64,000 nucleotides of DNA from Candidatus Undinarchaeota archaeon (GTDB lineage Archaea; SpSt-1190; JASMDC01). The translations under genes were made by a program, and so were the position numbers. Below, one piece after another: positions 1 through 8,939 of this stretch (its first letter is position 1; every line of letters starts with the position of its first letter). The notes under the pieces are model-generated. The model saw nothing but the letters and a program-made list of their open reading frames with translations, did no database searches and had not been told where the DNA came from. Location: positions 98,211 through 162,210 of the forward strand of contig CAZFHY010000003.1 in assembly GCA_964519305.1 (NCBI GenBank), in the 5' to 3' direction.

Positions 1-143
1 GTCACCTTCTTTTCGGTGGCCTTCTTTACCGTGGTCTTTTTTGCTGCGACCTTTGTCACCTTCTTCTCGGTAACCTTCTTGGTCGCCGTCTTCTTTACAG
101 CGGCCTTCTTCACCTTCTTCTCTGCGGTCTTCTTCTCGGCCAT
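1..143 (-). CDS. 5' part of a gene running off the window; Lys/Ala-rich KK repeat N-terminus, by position probably RNA polymerase subunit A'' (Rpo1C)
   Basis: ATG at 143 overlaps the rpoA' stop (TGATG) with GGAGG upstream; reads MAEKKTAEKKVKKAAVKKTATKKVTEKKVTKVAAKKTTVKKATEKKV. The identity rests on gene order only. Confidence 0.6.
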   Translation of the reverse strand, partial: MAEKKTAEKKVKKAAVKKTATKKVTEKKVTKVAAKKTTVKKATEKKV

Positions 144-2770
144 CAGACACCACCTCGGACGTTCTCGATTATGTCCATGAGGTTGATCGTCCCCCATTCG
201 GACTGGGCGGGATTTATACCATCCTCGCCGTACTTGAACTGGATAATCGTATCCCTGTTATCGCGGACGGTACCATCGTAGTGCATGGTGAGGTCCTGGA
301 GGGCGTTTGCGAGACGGCGGTACATGTAACCGCTCTTAGGAGTTCTCATCGATGTGTCGGTGAGACCCTCTCGACCTGACATGCATACGTAGAAGAACTC
401 GAAAGGATCGAGCCCGCTACCGTAGGAGCGGCGAACGAATCCCTTGGCCTTGGGGCCGATGTCACCCACGGTGAAGTGGGGTAGGGAACGGTTGCGGTAG
501 CCTCGGCTGACACGCTTCCCGCCGATAGCCTGTTGTCCCAGGCACGCGGCCATCTGCGCCAGGTTGAGGAGCTTTCCTCTTGCACCCGTAATTGCCATGG
601 TGATGGCGGGATTCGACTCGTTGGTGAACTCTCCAACGACCTCGACGCATCTGTCACGGGCCTTATTGAGCCTGTTGAGGAGTTCGGTCTCGAAGGTCTC
701 CTCGACGGTCATTCCCGGCCAGGCCTCGAGCTTGTTGGCGCGGAAGTCCTCGATGAGCTTGTTGGCATTGGCCTCAGCGTCATCAAGGATGCCTTCGATC
801 TTCTTTGTAGCAGTGGTTGGGATCTGGATGTCAGAGAGCCCGATGGACATACCCCTTTTCCTCAGCATCTCCAATGAGAGCTTCGTGAGGTGGTCGATGA
901 AGTCCAGTCCCGCTCCTGCCTTGATAACCTTGAGCAGGAGCTTGCCTGAGAATGCACCCACAGATGCCTCGTCAATGACACCAGAAACGAGCTCACCGTC
1001 CTTGATCTCCACGTAGGTATCGTGCTCCTTACAGTCCTTTACGGTGTCATGAGGGAAGTAGCTTGACACCTTCGACTTGTAGGCCAGGTTGATACCCTTG
1101 GGGATCAGTGCCGAGAACACCTGCTTACCACTGTAATACTCAACACCATCCTCGACCTTCGCCGGTTTGTCAGCGAACTGCAGGTCGTTGATACCGATGT
1201 TGAACAGCATCTGCTGGGCCTCGTCCCGGGTTAGATAGGTATCCTTGTGGGTGAGGAAGTAGAGACCGGATAGGTGGTCCTGGTGTCCGCCGATGACGGG
1301 TCCACCGAAGCGCGGCGAGATGAGCTGTGTCCTGATCGACATGAGCATCTCGGCCTCCGCTCGACCTTCCGGATTCTGTGGCACGTGAAGGTTCATCTCG
1401 TCCCCGTCGAAGTCAGCGTTATAGGGAGGACAGGCAGCGGGATTGACCCTGAACGTATTATAGGGCAGGATCTTGACCCGGTGGCACATGATGGACTGCC
1501 TGTGGAGCGAGGGCTGTCGGTTGAACAGCACGACGTCCCCGTTCCTCAGATGGCGTTCCACGATGTAGCTCATCTCGAGCTCCTCGGCCAGCTGCTCTTT
1601 CACGTCATCCGTGATGCGTTTTCGCCGTCCGTCGGGACGGATGACGTAGTTGGCACCCTCAAGTTCCTTGGAACCGTTCATCACCAGATGGCGGAGGTAG
1701 TCGATGTTCCTCTCGCTGACGATCTCGGGATAGGTCAGTTCCATGGCGATCCGCTCCGGCACTCCCACCTCACCGATAGAGATGCGGGGGTCGGGCGAGA
1801 TGACCGTGCGCGCTGAGAAGTTGACACGCTTACCTGCAAGGTTGTGCCTGAAACGTCCCTCTTTGGACTTGATACGCTGGGTGATGCCCTTGAGCGGGCG
1901 ACCAGCGCGGTGCCGCGCAGGCGGGAGCGTTGGGATGTCGTTGTCTATGAACGTGGTCACGTGATACTGCAGCAACTCCCAGAGGTCCTCTATGATGACC
2001 CCGGGTGCGCCCGCGTCGATGGTCTGCTTCAGGCGCTGGTTGATGCGCACGATGTCCACGAGCTTGTGCGTGAGGTCGTCCTCTGCACGCTCACCGGTCT
2101 CCAGTGTGATGGAGGGGCGGACCGTGACGGGGGGGACGGGGAGCACAGTGAACACGACCCATTCAGGTCTTGCGCTCTCGGGATTCATACCGAGAATCTC
2201 GAGGTCCTCGTCTGGGATGCGTTCGAGCCTGTCCCTGACATCAGTTGGTGTCAGGGGCTGCTTTTCCCGGAAGTAAGAGTGTGGTTTCTCATACTTGATG
2301 GGATTGACCTTTGCATCGCAGTGAGGGCACTGCTTAACGCCCGCTGCAGCCTTATAGGCATCCTTGGTGAGCGACCACGAGGCGAGTTCCGACTCGCGCT
2401 CACGGACATGCTCCATCTGGACAGCGAACTTCTCGATTGTCGCGTCGTTGAGCAACAGCCGACCACATGCTTCACAGGTCGAGTTGAGCAGCTTGTGCAC
2501 GAGCTTGACGAACTTTATGTGGATGATGGGCCTGGCGAGCGTGAGATACCCGAAATGTCCAGGGCACTCACCGATCTTACCGGCACATGTCTTACACCGG
2601 AGACCCGGGTCAATAACACCCAACCTCGAATCCATGAGCCCTCCCTCGATGGGGTAACCATCGGGATCGTAGATCTCGCTCGTGATGACCTCGGCTGCGG
2701 CCATCTTGCGGACCATTTTCGGGCTAAGGAACTTGAACTGGATGCTTCCGATCTTCTTTGATGACTTCAT
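143..2770 (-). CDS. rpoA1: DNA-directed RNA polymerase subunit A' (Rpo1N)
   Basis: Catalytic YNADFDGDEMN motif, CKTC/CPGHFG Zn site, GKRVNFSARTVISPDP, SGYMYRRL; 875 aa. Confidence 0.99.
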   Translation of the reverse strand: MKSSKKIGSIQFKFLSPKMVRKMAAAEVITSEIYDPDGYPIEGGLMDSRLGVIDPGLRCKTCAGKIGECPGHFGYLTLARPIIHIKFVKLVHKLLNSTCEACGRLLLNDATIEKFAVQMEHVRERESELASWSLTKDAYKAAAGVKQCPHCDAKVNPIKYEKPHSYFREKQPLTPTDVRDRLERIPDEDLEILGMNPESARPEWVVFTVLPVPPVTVRPSITLETGERAEDDLTHKLVDIVRINQRLKQTIDAGAPGVIIEDLWELLQYHVTTFIDNDIPTLPPARHRAGRPLKGITQRIKSKEGRFRHNLAGKRVNFSARTVISPDPRISIGEVGVPERIAMELTYPEIVSERNIDYLRHLVMNGSKELEGANYVIRPDGRRKRITDDVKEQLAEELEMSYIVERHLRNGDVVLFNRQPSLHRQSIMCHRVKILPYNTFRVNPAACPPYNADFDGDEMNLHVPQNPEGRAEAEMLMSIRTQLISPRFGGPVIGGHQDHLSGLYFLTHKDTYLTRDEAQQMLFNIGINDLQFADKPAKVEDGVEYYSGKQVFSALIPKGINLAYKSKVSSYFPHDTVKDCKEHDTYVEIKDGELVSGVIDEASVGAFSGKLLLKVIKAGAGLDFIDHLTKLSLEMLRKRGMSIGLSDIQIPTTATKKIEGILDDAEANANKLIEDFRANKLEAWPGMTVEETFETELLNRLNKARDRCVEVVGEFTNESNPAITMAITGARGKLLNLAQMAACLGQQAIGGKRVSRGYRNRSLPHFTVGDIGPKAKGFVRRSYGSGLDPFEFFYVCMSGREGLTDTSMRTPKSGYMYRRLANALQDLTMHYDGTVRDNRDTIIQFKYGEDGINPAQSEWGTINLMDIIENVRGGV

Positions 2771-2774
2771 GAGA

Positions 2775-4583
2775 TCACCCCTTGTCCTCCAGCACTAGGC
2801 GCGGATAAATTCCGATGCTCAACAGCTCAGATAGAAGGATGTGGAACGCATAGGACATCTCAACTGAGTAGACAGTGGACGCCTCGCCGCACACAGGACA
2901 GTAGAGCTTGTCCCGGATATGGTCGTGGACAGCGACCAGTCCGCATCCGCCGCATACGGGGATGACTGTCGAATCGGAGTCGAACCGCTCTTTGAGGAGC
3001 AGTGCAGCGCCGTGGGCGATGAGACAGTCCTTCTCCATCTCTCCCATACGAAGACCGCCCTTCTTGGCACGACCCTCGGTGGGCTGACGGGTAAGGATCT
3101 GCACGGGACCACGAGAGCGCGCATGGATCTTGTTCGAGACCATGTGGCGCAGCTTGTGATAGTAGATAAGACCCTGGAAGATCTCCACCTCGTACTGCTC
3201 ACCGGTGATACCGTTGACCATGACCTCCTTACCGTTGGGCTTGAGGCCGTATCGCTTGAGCGTATCGGCGACACCCTTCATGGGATCCTCAGTAAAGGCA
3301 GAGCCGTCGATGAACTCACCGGAGAGAGTCCCTGACTTCCCGCTCATGATCTCCATGAGCTGGGACACGGTCATACGCGATGGGATACCATGAGGGTTGG
3401 TGATGAGGTCGGGGACAACGCCGCTCTCGATGAAAGGCATGTCCTCCTCGGGTACGATCATACCGACAACGCCCTTCTGCCCGTGACGGGAGGAGAACTT
3501 GTCGCCGATCTCGGGGATACGCTCATCGCGAACCCGTACCTTAACCAGGGTGTTGCCCTCGGAGTCCTCGGTGACGGCCACGAGGTCGACGAAGCCTCCC
3601 TCGCCGTGCCGGACTACCACAGAGGTCTCACGACGGTTCTCGACACCCATACGGAGCGAGGACATCGATCCGAGGAAACGGGGTGGCGATGTGCGCCCGA
3701 TGAGCACGTCGTCCGAACCGACTTCAGACTCGAGTTCGGCGATGCCATCCTCACCAAGGTGCCTGTACACGCGCTCGACGCGGTAACCGCGCACACCCTT
3801 GTCCGGGATGCAGATCTCGTCTTCCTGTCCTCCGGGGTATCGCTTCTCTACGGCCGTGTACGGCCGGTAGAACGTGGAGCGGGCCAGGCCGCGCTCAAGC
3901 GATCCCTTGTTGATAATAAGGGCGTCCTCCATGTTGTACCCGTCATGTGCCAGAATGGCCACGACGAAGTTCTGACCTGCCGGGTGGCGGTCGAATCCGA
4001 CGACGCTCGTGGTCTTGGTCCGCACGAGGGGTGATTGGGGGTAGTGGAGGATGTTCGAGTAGGTGTCCATGCGGAGCAGGTAGTTGAGGGCATAGAGCCC
4101 AAGAGCCTGCTTCACACCTTTGGATGCACCATAGTTGACACGGTCACCGCGGCTGTAGTTCGCATAGGGAACGTTCGACGCGGGGATGCCCACGATCGCA
4201 AGCGGATCGATCTCGACGTGGCTGTGTTTTGTAGTGATGGTAGAGTTGCCTACCGCGATGAAGGAGTTCTCCTCCTCGTCGGTGTCCAGGTACTCGACCT
4301 TGCCGAGACAGATGAGGTCGGACCACTTGAGCTCACCCTTCATGATGCGCTCAACATCCTTGTCATTGAGCTGGGGCTTGCCATCCTTGTCCAGGATGAT
4401 CAGGGGGCGCTGGATACGGCCGCCGTCGGCGTTGATGCGGATCTCGTCCTCCTGAGGAAGGAATGAGATGTTCAGCTCCGAGGTGAGAAGCCCCTTTCGC
4501 CTGAGGTTCCGGACCTTTTCTGTGATCTCTTCAGGATGATCGGTCTTTCCTACGAGCCGGCCGTTGAGATATACGTCCACCAT
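2775..4583 (-). CDS. rpoB1: DNA-directed RNA polymerase subunit B' (Rpo2C)
   Basis: GDKFSSRHGQKGVVG, NPHGIPSRMT, RQPTEGRAKKGGLRMGEME, C-terminal CxxC...CxxC Zn ribbon. Confidence 0.99.
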   Translation of the reverse strand: MVDVYLNGRLVGKTDHPEEITEKVRNLRRKGLLTSELNISFLPQEDEIRINADGGRIQRPLIILDKDGKPQLNDKDVERIMKGELKWSDLICLGKVEYLDTDEEENSFIAVGNSTITTKHSHVEIDPLAIVGIPASNVPYANYSRGDRVNYGASKGVKQALGLYALNYLLRMDTYSNILHYPQSPLVRTKTTSVVGFDRHPAGQNFVVAILAHDGYNMEDALIINKGSLERGLARSTFYRPYTAVEKRYPGGQEDEICIPDKGVRGYRVERVYRHLGEDGIAELESEVGSDDVLIGRTSPPRFLGSMSSLRMGVENRRETSVVVRHGEGGFVDLVAVTEDSEGNTLVKVRVRDERIPEIGDKFSSRHGQKGVVGMIVPEEDMPFIESGVVPDLITNPHGIPSRMTVSQLMEIMSGKSGTLSGEFIDGSAFTEDPMKGVADTLKRYGLKPNGKEVMVNGITGEQYEVEIFQGLIYYHKLRHMVSNKIHARSRGPVQILTRQPTEGRAKKGGLRMGEMEKDCLIAHGAALLLKERFDSDSTVIPVCGGCGLVAVHDHIRDKLYCPVCGEASTVYSVEMSYAFHILLSELLSIGIYPRLVLEDKG

Positions 4584-4587
4584 GTGA

Positions 4588-6078
4588 TCATTCCTCCACC
4601 GGCTTCACGCCGGCATTATATAGCTCCTGAAGGATGGCCTTGTCATCCTCGTTCCGCGTGAGGCGGGCGAAGAGGGCGAGGTTCTTCCTGAGACCGATGT
4701 TCTGACCCTCGGGCGTCTCCGAGGCGCAGAGCCTGCCCCAGTGTGTGGGGTGGAGCTCGCGGGCCTCGAAGTGCGGCTGCGAGGTGGTCAGGGGCGACAG
4801 GACTCTTCTCAAGTGAGACAGAGTGTCCATGAAGTTCAGGCGCTGTAGGTGCTGCGAGATACCGCGTCTCCCACCGACCCAGTTCCCCGTCGCTAAGGCC
4901 GATTCGACCCTGGAGGTCAGAAGGGCCGAACGAACGATCGTCGCGATGCTCGGCTCCTTTCCACGCTTGGCCACGCGGGAGAAGTTGTACTTGATGTCGT
5001 TGATGAGCACACGGAACGACACACGGAACAGAGATTCCATGAGGTCGCCTGCGAGCTTGAGCCTCTTATTCGCGTAATGGTCCTTGTCGTTCTCCTCTAC
5101 CAGGTTGAATTGGAGATTGACGACACGGCGCATCATCTTGGCGATGTGGTGCGCTTTCGAGATGCGCTGATTGGGATTCTGGCCGATGTGCGGGAGGAGG
5201 TAGGTGTCGAGGATCTGAGAGACCCGCTGGACCCTGTATTCTCGACCCTGGCCGATACGCATATGGCGCCCGATGTAGTCGAGCGCATCCTCGGTAGTGG
5301 GCGTTTCCGCTCCTTCCTCGAGGTTGATGTACATGTCCTCCATCGTCCTCTGGTGGGGCTCGATGGCTCTGATGACCTGCTCGTCAGTCTCAAGACCGAG
5401 CGAGCGCATTATGATGATCGCAGGTATCTTCGTGACCCGCGCGAAGGTCAGGGTCACGACACCGTTCCTGCGTCGCTCGAAGAGGTGAGGTACACGGTAG
5501 CCGCGTCGTTCGGAGAAGAGGCGCCCGATCGAAGTGATGGGACCCTTGTTCTTCTTCTCCAGCAGGAGGCGGTTGGGCGTCAGGTCCTCGATAGAGATGA
5601 GCACACGCTCCGTCCCGTTGATGATGAAATAACCCCCTGGATCGAGGGGATCCTCGCCGATGTCGATGAGCTCGGCTTCGGTCATCTTCGAGAGAGGACA
5701 TATGTTCGACTTGACCATGACGGGCAGATTGCCGATGTTGACGCGGACAGGGTCGTCCTCGATGTCATCCCGAATGACGATCGTGTCGAGCCAGATGGGT
5801 ACCGAATAGGTCAGATTCCGCATCCTCGATTCAAGGGGGAAGATACGTTCGATTGAACCATCCGCCTCTTTCGAGATGGGCTTCTCGAGATGGATCTTTT
5901 CGAGCTTTATCTTGTACTCCTCGATCCCGGGTGGGGGGAGCGTTGGCTCGATGATCTGATTCTCGTTGATGATCTGCTGGAGCTTGTTCTCCAAGAAGTC
6001 GTTGAACGACTCGATGTGATGAAGCGCAAGTCCGTGCTCACGGTAGAATCCAGTTGCAAGAGTTTCGAAACCTTTCAT
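4588..6078 (-). CDS. rpoB2: DNA-directed RNA polymerase subunit B'' (Rpo2N)
   Basis: DPGGYFIINGTERV, DKDHYANKRLKLAG, HPTHWGRLCASETPEGQNIGLRKNL; ATG at 6078 preceded by GGAGG. Confidence 0.98.
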   Translation of the reverse strand: MKGFETLATGFYREHGLALHHIESFNDFLENKLQQIINENQIIEPTLPPPGIEEYKIKLEKIHLEKPISKEADGSIERIFPLESRMRNLTYSVPIWLDTIVIRDDIEDDPVRVNIGNLPVMVKSNICPLSKMTEAELIDIGEDPLDPGGYFIINGTERVLISIEDLTPNRLLLEKKNKGPITSIGRLFSERRGYRVPHLFERRRNGVVTLTFARVTKIPAIIIMRSLGLETDEQVIRAIEPHQRTMEDMYINLEEGAETPTTEDALDYIGRHMRIGQGREYRVQRVSQILDTYLLPHIGQNPNQRISKAHHIAKMMRRVVNLQFNLVEENDKDHYANKRLKLAGDLMESLFRVSFRVLINDIKYNFSRVAKRGKEPSIATIVRSALLTSRVESALATGNWVGGRRGISQHLQRLNFMDTLSHLRRVLSPLTTSQPHFEARELHPTHWGRLCASETPEGQNIGLRKNLALFARLTRNEDDKAILQELYNAGVKPVEE

Positions 6079-6187
6079 GCGATCGCCTCCGGAACGCACC
6101 CTGCGGCACAGGTGCTTTGATAATAAGAACTAGGACCGCCTTCGCCTACCATGTTTCTCCATTCCTCCATGTCTTAAAGGCACCGGC

Positions 6188-6262
6188 TGGGCCGGGCAGG
6201 ATTTGAACCCGCAACCGTCCGCTTAAAAGGCGGACGCTCTAGCCAGGTTGAGCTACCGGCCC
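6188..6262 (-). tRNA. tRNA-Lys(UUU)
   Basis: Reverse complement GGGCCGGTAGCTCAACCTGGCTAGAGCGTCCGCC-TTTTAA-GCGGACGGTTGCGGGTTCAAATCCTGCCCGGCCCA folds as a cloverleaf; anticodon TTT; no encoded CCA. Confidence 0.95.
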
Positions 6263-6269
6263 GCGGAAA

Positions 6270-6361
6270 TGGCGCCTTGGTCGGGATTTGAACCCGGGTC
6301 ACGGCCTCTCTGCACGAAGTGTACGACAGGGCCGTATGATAGACCGCTACACTACCAAGGC
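6270..6361 (-). tRNA. tRNA-Asp(GUC) with a 16-nt intron at 37/38 (6308..6323) and encoded CCA
   Basis: Acceptor stem GCCTTGG/CCAAGGC-G-CCA; anticodon arm CGGCC CTGTCG[TACACTTCGTGCAGAG]A GGCCG; the junctions form a bulge-helix-bulge (CTGT:GCAG central helix). Confidence 0.93.
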
Positions 6362-6407
6362 ACGTATTTCTCGCAGAATAGCCCATCGACCCCGTTCGGG
6401 ATTGGCC

Positions 6408-6422
6408 TTATATTTAAAAAGG
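6408..6422 (-). promoter_or_regulatory. TATA box of the tRNA-Asp/tRNA-Lys (and possibly rpoB-rpoA) transcript
   Basis: TTTTTAAATATAA on the minus strand about 50 nt upstream of the tRNA-Asp 5' end. Confidence 0.6.
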
Positions 6423-6498
6423 TTGTGAAAAGGCGAGCACAATCCCTCCCTTCAGGAATGGGTATACAGCATATCCTTTATATTGATTTCGCGGAGGA

Positions 6499-8850
6499 GT
6501 GATAATGAGCACCATGGGCGGATCATCCGATGCGAACGACGATGCTCTGGACCGAGCGAGCAGACCACGCCCGATGCTCCTTGCACTGCTCGTATTACTC
6601 ATGGTCCTACAGCCCGTTCTTGGTGCAGATAACGAGATAATCCTCGACACCCTCCCCTTTGTCGTACGCATCGCTCTCGTCCTCCTCTGGACCGCGGTGT
6701 TCTACGTCGTTTTCCTGTACTGTGGTGTGCTCTATGAGAGCGTTCGTTCACCCGACATCCCGATCCTATGTGCGGGGACACTTCTATTCGTCCTGGGGCT
6801 CCTAATGCTCCAGACAGGGATGCTGGCGACACCCCCCTATATTATGGAGCGCCTTCTCGATGTGCTCCCACCTCATATCTACGCTCTCAAGATGGTGCTC
6901 CTCCTTGCGATCATCGGACTCACTCTCATGTTCCTTCGGGAGTGGGGCCGTGTGTTCATGGTCGCCCCCATCCTTGAGGAACCGGGGTATATCCCGTACG
7001 CTGCTGCATCCGCATCTATCCTTATCAACGCGATCTCCATCATGCTCCCCTACGTCTATAATCCCGTGGTCCCCATCGAGGATAGTGTACTGTTGTTCCC
7101 CGTTGTGGGGGGCGGTCTGTTCATCATATTGAGCGGGTACTACACCCTGACCGGTCTCCTCATGGCAAGGGAGACGCCGGTCCTTCGACGCTTCGTGTGG
7201 ATCATCGCCGAGACGACGCTCATGACCGTGTTCCTTATCCTCTTCCTCACCGAAACGCTCTGGGTCCCTGCGAACCTCCGCGGAGTGGTCTTTCCGTACA
7301 CGATCTTCTATTCCTACGTGGGATTCGCTCTCATCCTCGTCGGTTACGTCCTTAAGGTCCGCTCCTTGGTCGCCTTCTCGAGCACGTTCATTGCACGTGA
7401 GGTCGCGCGCTCCACCGGTATCAAAGGTGATACTACATTGTTCTGCAGAGTGATGGACCGACTCGTGGACTACTTCGATGACATGTCCGTCCTTCTCGAT
7501 ACCTTGAAGACGGCGGGTGTCAGGACCTATCTCACATTCCGCCCAGCGGACAGAAGGTTCACGTGCACAGGACACGACCTCACTCCCGTTGAAATGGAGG
7601 ACGTCTTCACCAAGGCATTCTTCGCTACCATCGAGCTGGCTACGACATCCCACCCCCCGGTCACGCGACGGGAAGTGGACGAGGACCGGCTCAAGGCAGA
7701 TCTCGCCGATCACCTCGGTGACGACATCCGTGACGTACCTCTCCGCGTGCGCTCCTATCTTCTTCCCGAGACGAAGCTCATGGAGCTCACAGTAACTGAG
7801 ACCATCAAAAACCTCCTGGAGATCCTGAGCCTTACAAAAGGTATTTCCGGTGTCCTCATGAGGAGCCTTGATCCCGCATTCCCCCGGGGGACCTTCTCTC
7901 TGAAAGACGAGTTCATAACGTTCGAGCCGGTTCACCTTCGCTCCCATATCCTCAGGAACACCCGGACCGAGGATGAGTTCGAGCAGGAACTAGCATCGGC
8001 CTATCTCAGGTTCTATCGTATAGTCCTCACCAAGAGCCGGCGCCTTCTGAGCACGGAACGACTCAGGTCGGTCCTCGAGACCGTTGTGTCACCATATTCC
8101 ACAGATAAGCTCTACGCAGCGACCGGTATCCCACCCCTCCTTGCGAACGGCCTGTTCGCAAAGGACCATCCCTGGGGTTATGCCGAGCTCGACGAGGCCG
8201 CAGGTCGGATCCAGAACAACTTCGCCGTGCTCCTAGCCCATACTCCGGACTTCCCCAAGGAGGACTTCCTATCCCAGTTCATCTCGGGGAGCATCAACGA
8301 GTACCGCAACGTCGTACTCGTGTCCCATATCAAACCGGCCGTACTGACCACGATGCTCGGGCCAGATCTGGAGGCTGAAACGCTCATGGACGAGGACCGA
8401 CTGTGCCTGCTGCTCCTCGATCCCAACCAAGAGGACATGGTCACGGAACGTAAGAACGTCGTAAGGATCAATACGTCCTTCAACAAGTTCTCCATGGGGC
8501 TGGAAGGCTATCTTGAGAAGCTCCCGCCCTCTGGCGTGGTCCTTATAGTCGAACTGCCCGTGTCCGCGCTCAAGGAGGAAGTGGACCAGCTCTATAAGTT
8601 CACGTTCCACCTGCGCTCGCTATGCGAACGGTACAATGCCACCCTGCTGCTCGGAGCGGACTCCGCCATCGCGGCAAGTGACACCATCGCCATGCTCGAG
8701 GAGTCATGTGATGTCATAGTGGAGGCGGACGATGCTTCGTTCAAGTTCTCCCGTATGGTGGGCCACGAAAGGATGGTCTTGTACTATGGTGAGGAAGGGG
8801 ACCGGCTCACCTTCGCCCGGCTCGAGGGCGGTGGCGCGGGACCTGCCTGA
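6499..8850 (+). CDS. Multi-pass membrane protein (about 8 TM helices) with helical middle region and C-terminal degenerate RAD55/KaiC-like RecA-fold domain
   Basis: Hydrophobic first ~290 aa; C-terminus WGYAELDEAAGRIQNNFAVLLAHTPDFPKEDFLSQF resembles the KaiC TGIxxLDxxLxGG...GxxGxGKT..F region without a Walker A; ends ..EESCDVIVE. Confidence 0.6.
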   Translation: MIMSTMGGSSDANDDALDRASRPRPMLLALLVLLMVLQPVLGADNEIILDTLPFVVRIALVLLWTAVFYVVFLYCGVLYESVRSPDIPILCAGTLLFVLGLLMLQTGMLATPPYIMERLLDVLPPHIYALKMVLLLAIIGLTLMFLREWGRVFMVAPILEEPGYIPYAAASASILINAISIMLPYVYNPVVPIEDSVLLFPVVGGGLFIILSGYYTLTGLLMARETPVLRRFVWIIAETTLMTVFLILFLTETLWVPANLRGVVFPYTIFYSYVGFALILVGYVLKVRSLVAFSSTFIAREVARSTGIKGDTTLFCRVMDRLVDYFDDMSVLLDTLKTAGVRTYLTFRPADRRFTCTGHDLTPVEMEDVFTKAFFATIELATTSHPPVTRREVDEDRLKADLADHLGDDIRDVPLRVRSYLLPETKLMELTVTETIKNLLEILSLTKGISGVLMRSLDPAFPRGTFSLKDEFITFEPVHLRSHILRNTRTEDEFEQELASAYLRFYRIVLTKSRRLLSTERLRSVLETVVSPYSTDKLYAATGIPPLLANGLFAKDHPWGYAELDEAAGRIQNNFAVLLAHTPDFPKEDFLSQFISGSINEYRNVVLVSHIKPAVLTTMLGPDLEAETLMDEDRLCLLLLDPNQEDMVTERKNVVRINTSFNKFSMGLEGYLEKLPPSGVVLIVELPVSALKEEVDQLYKFTFHLRSLCERYNATLLLGADSAIAASDTIAMLEESCDVIVEADDASFKFSRMVGHERMVLYYGEEGDRLTFARLEGGGAGPA

Positions 8851-8939
8851 TAAGCGGGATACCTTAACCCGTTCACACCAAGGTTCATAAATCACGCTCT
8901 AGTTATTATTTATCAGGTAGTTATAAGGCGGTCGGTCGA

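Noticed and set aside
143-6078. Inteins or insertions in the RNAP subunits
   Set aside because: Lengths are normal and no intein splice or LAGLIDADG motifs were seen.
6174-6502. Short ORFs overlapping the tRNA genes
   Set aside because: The region is explained by two tRNAs and their promoter.
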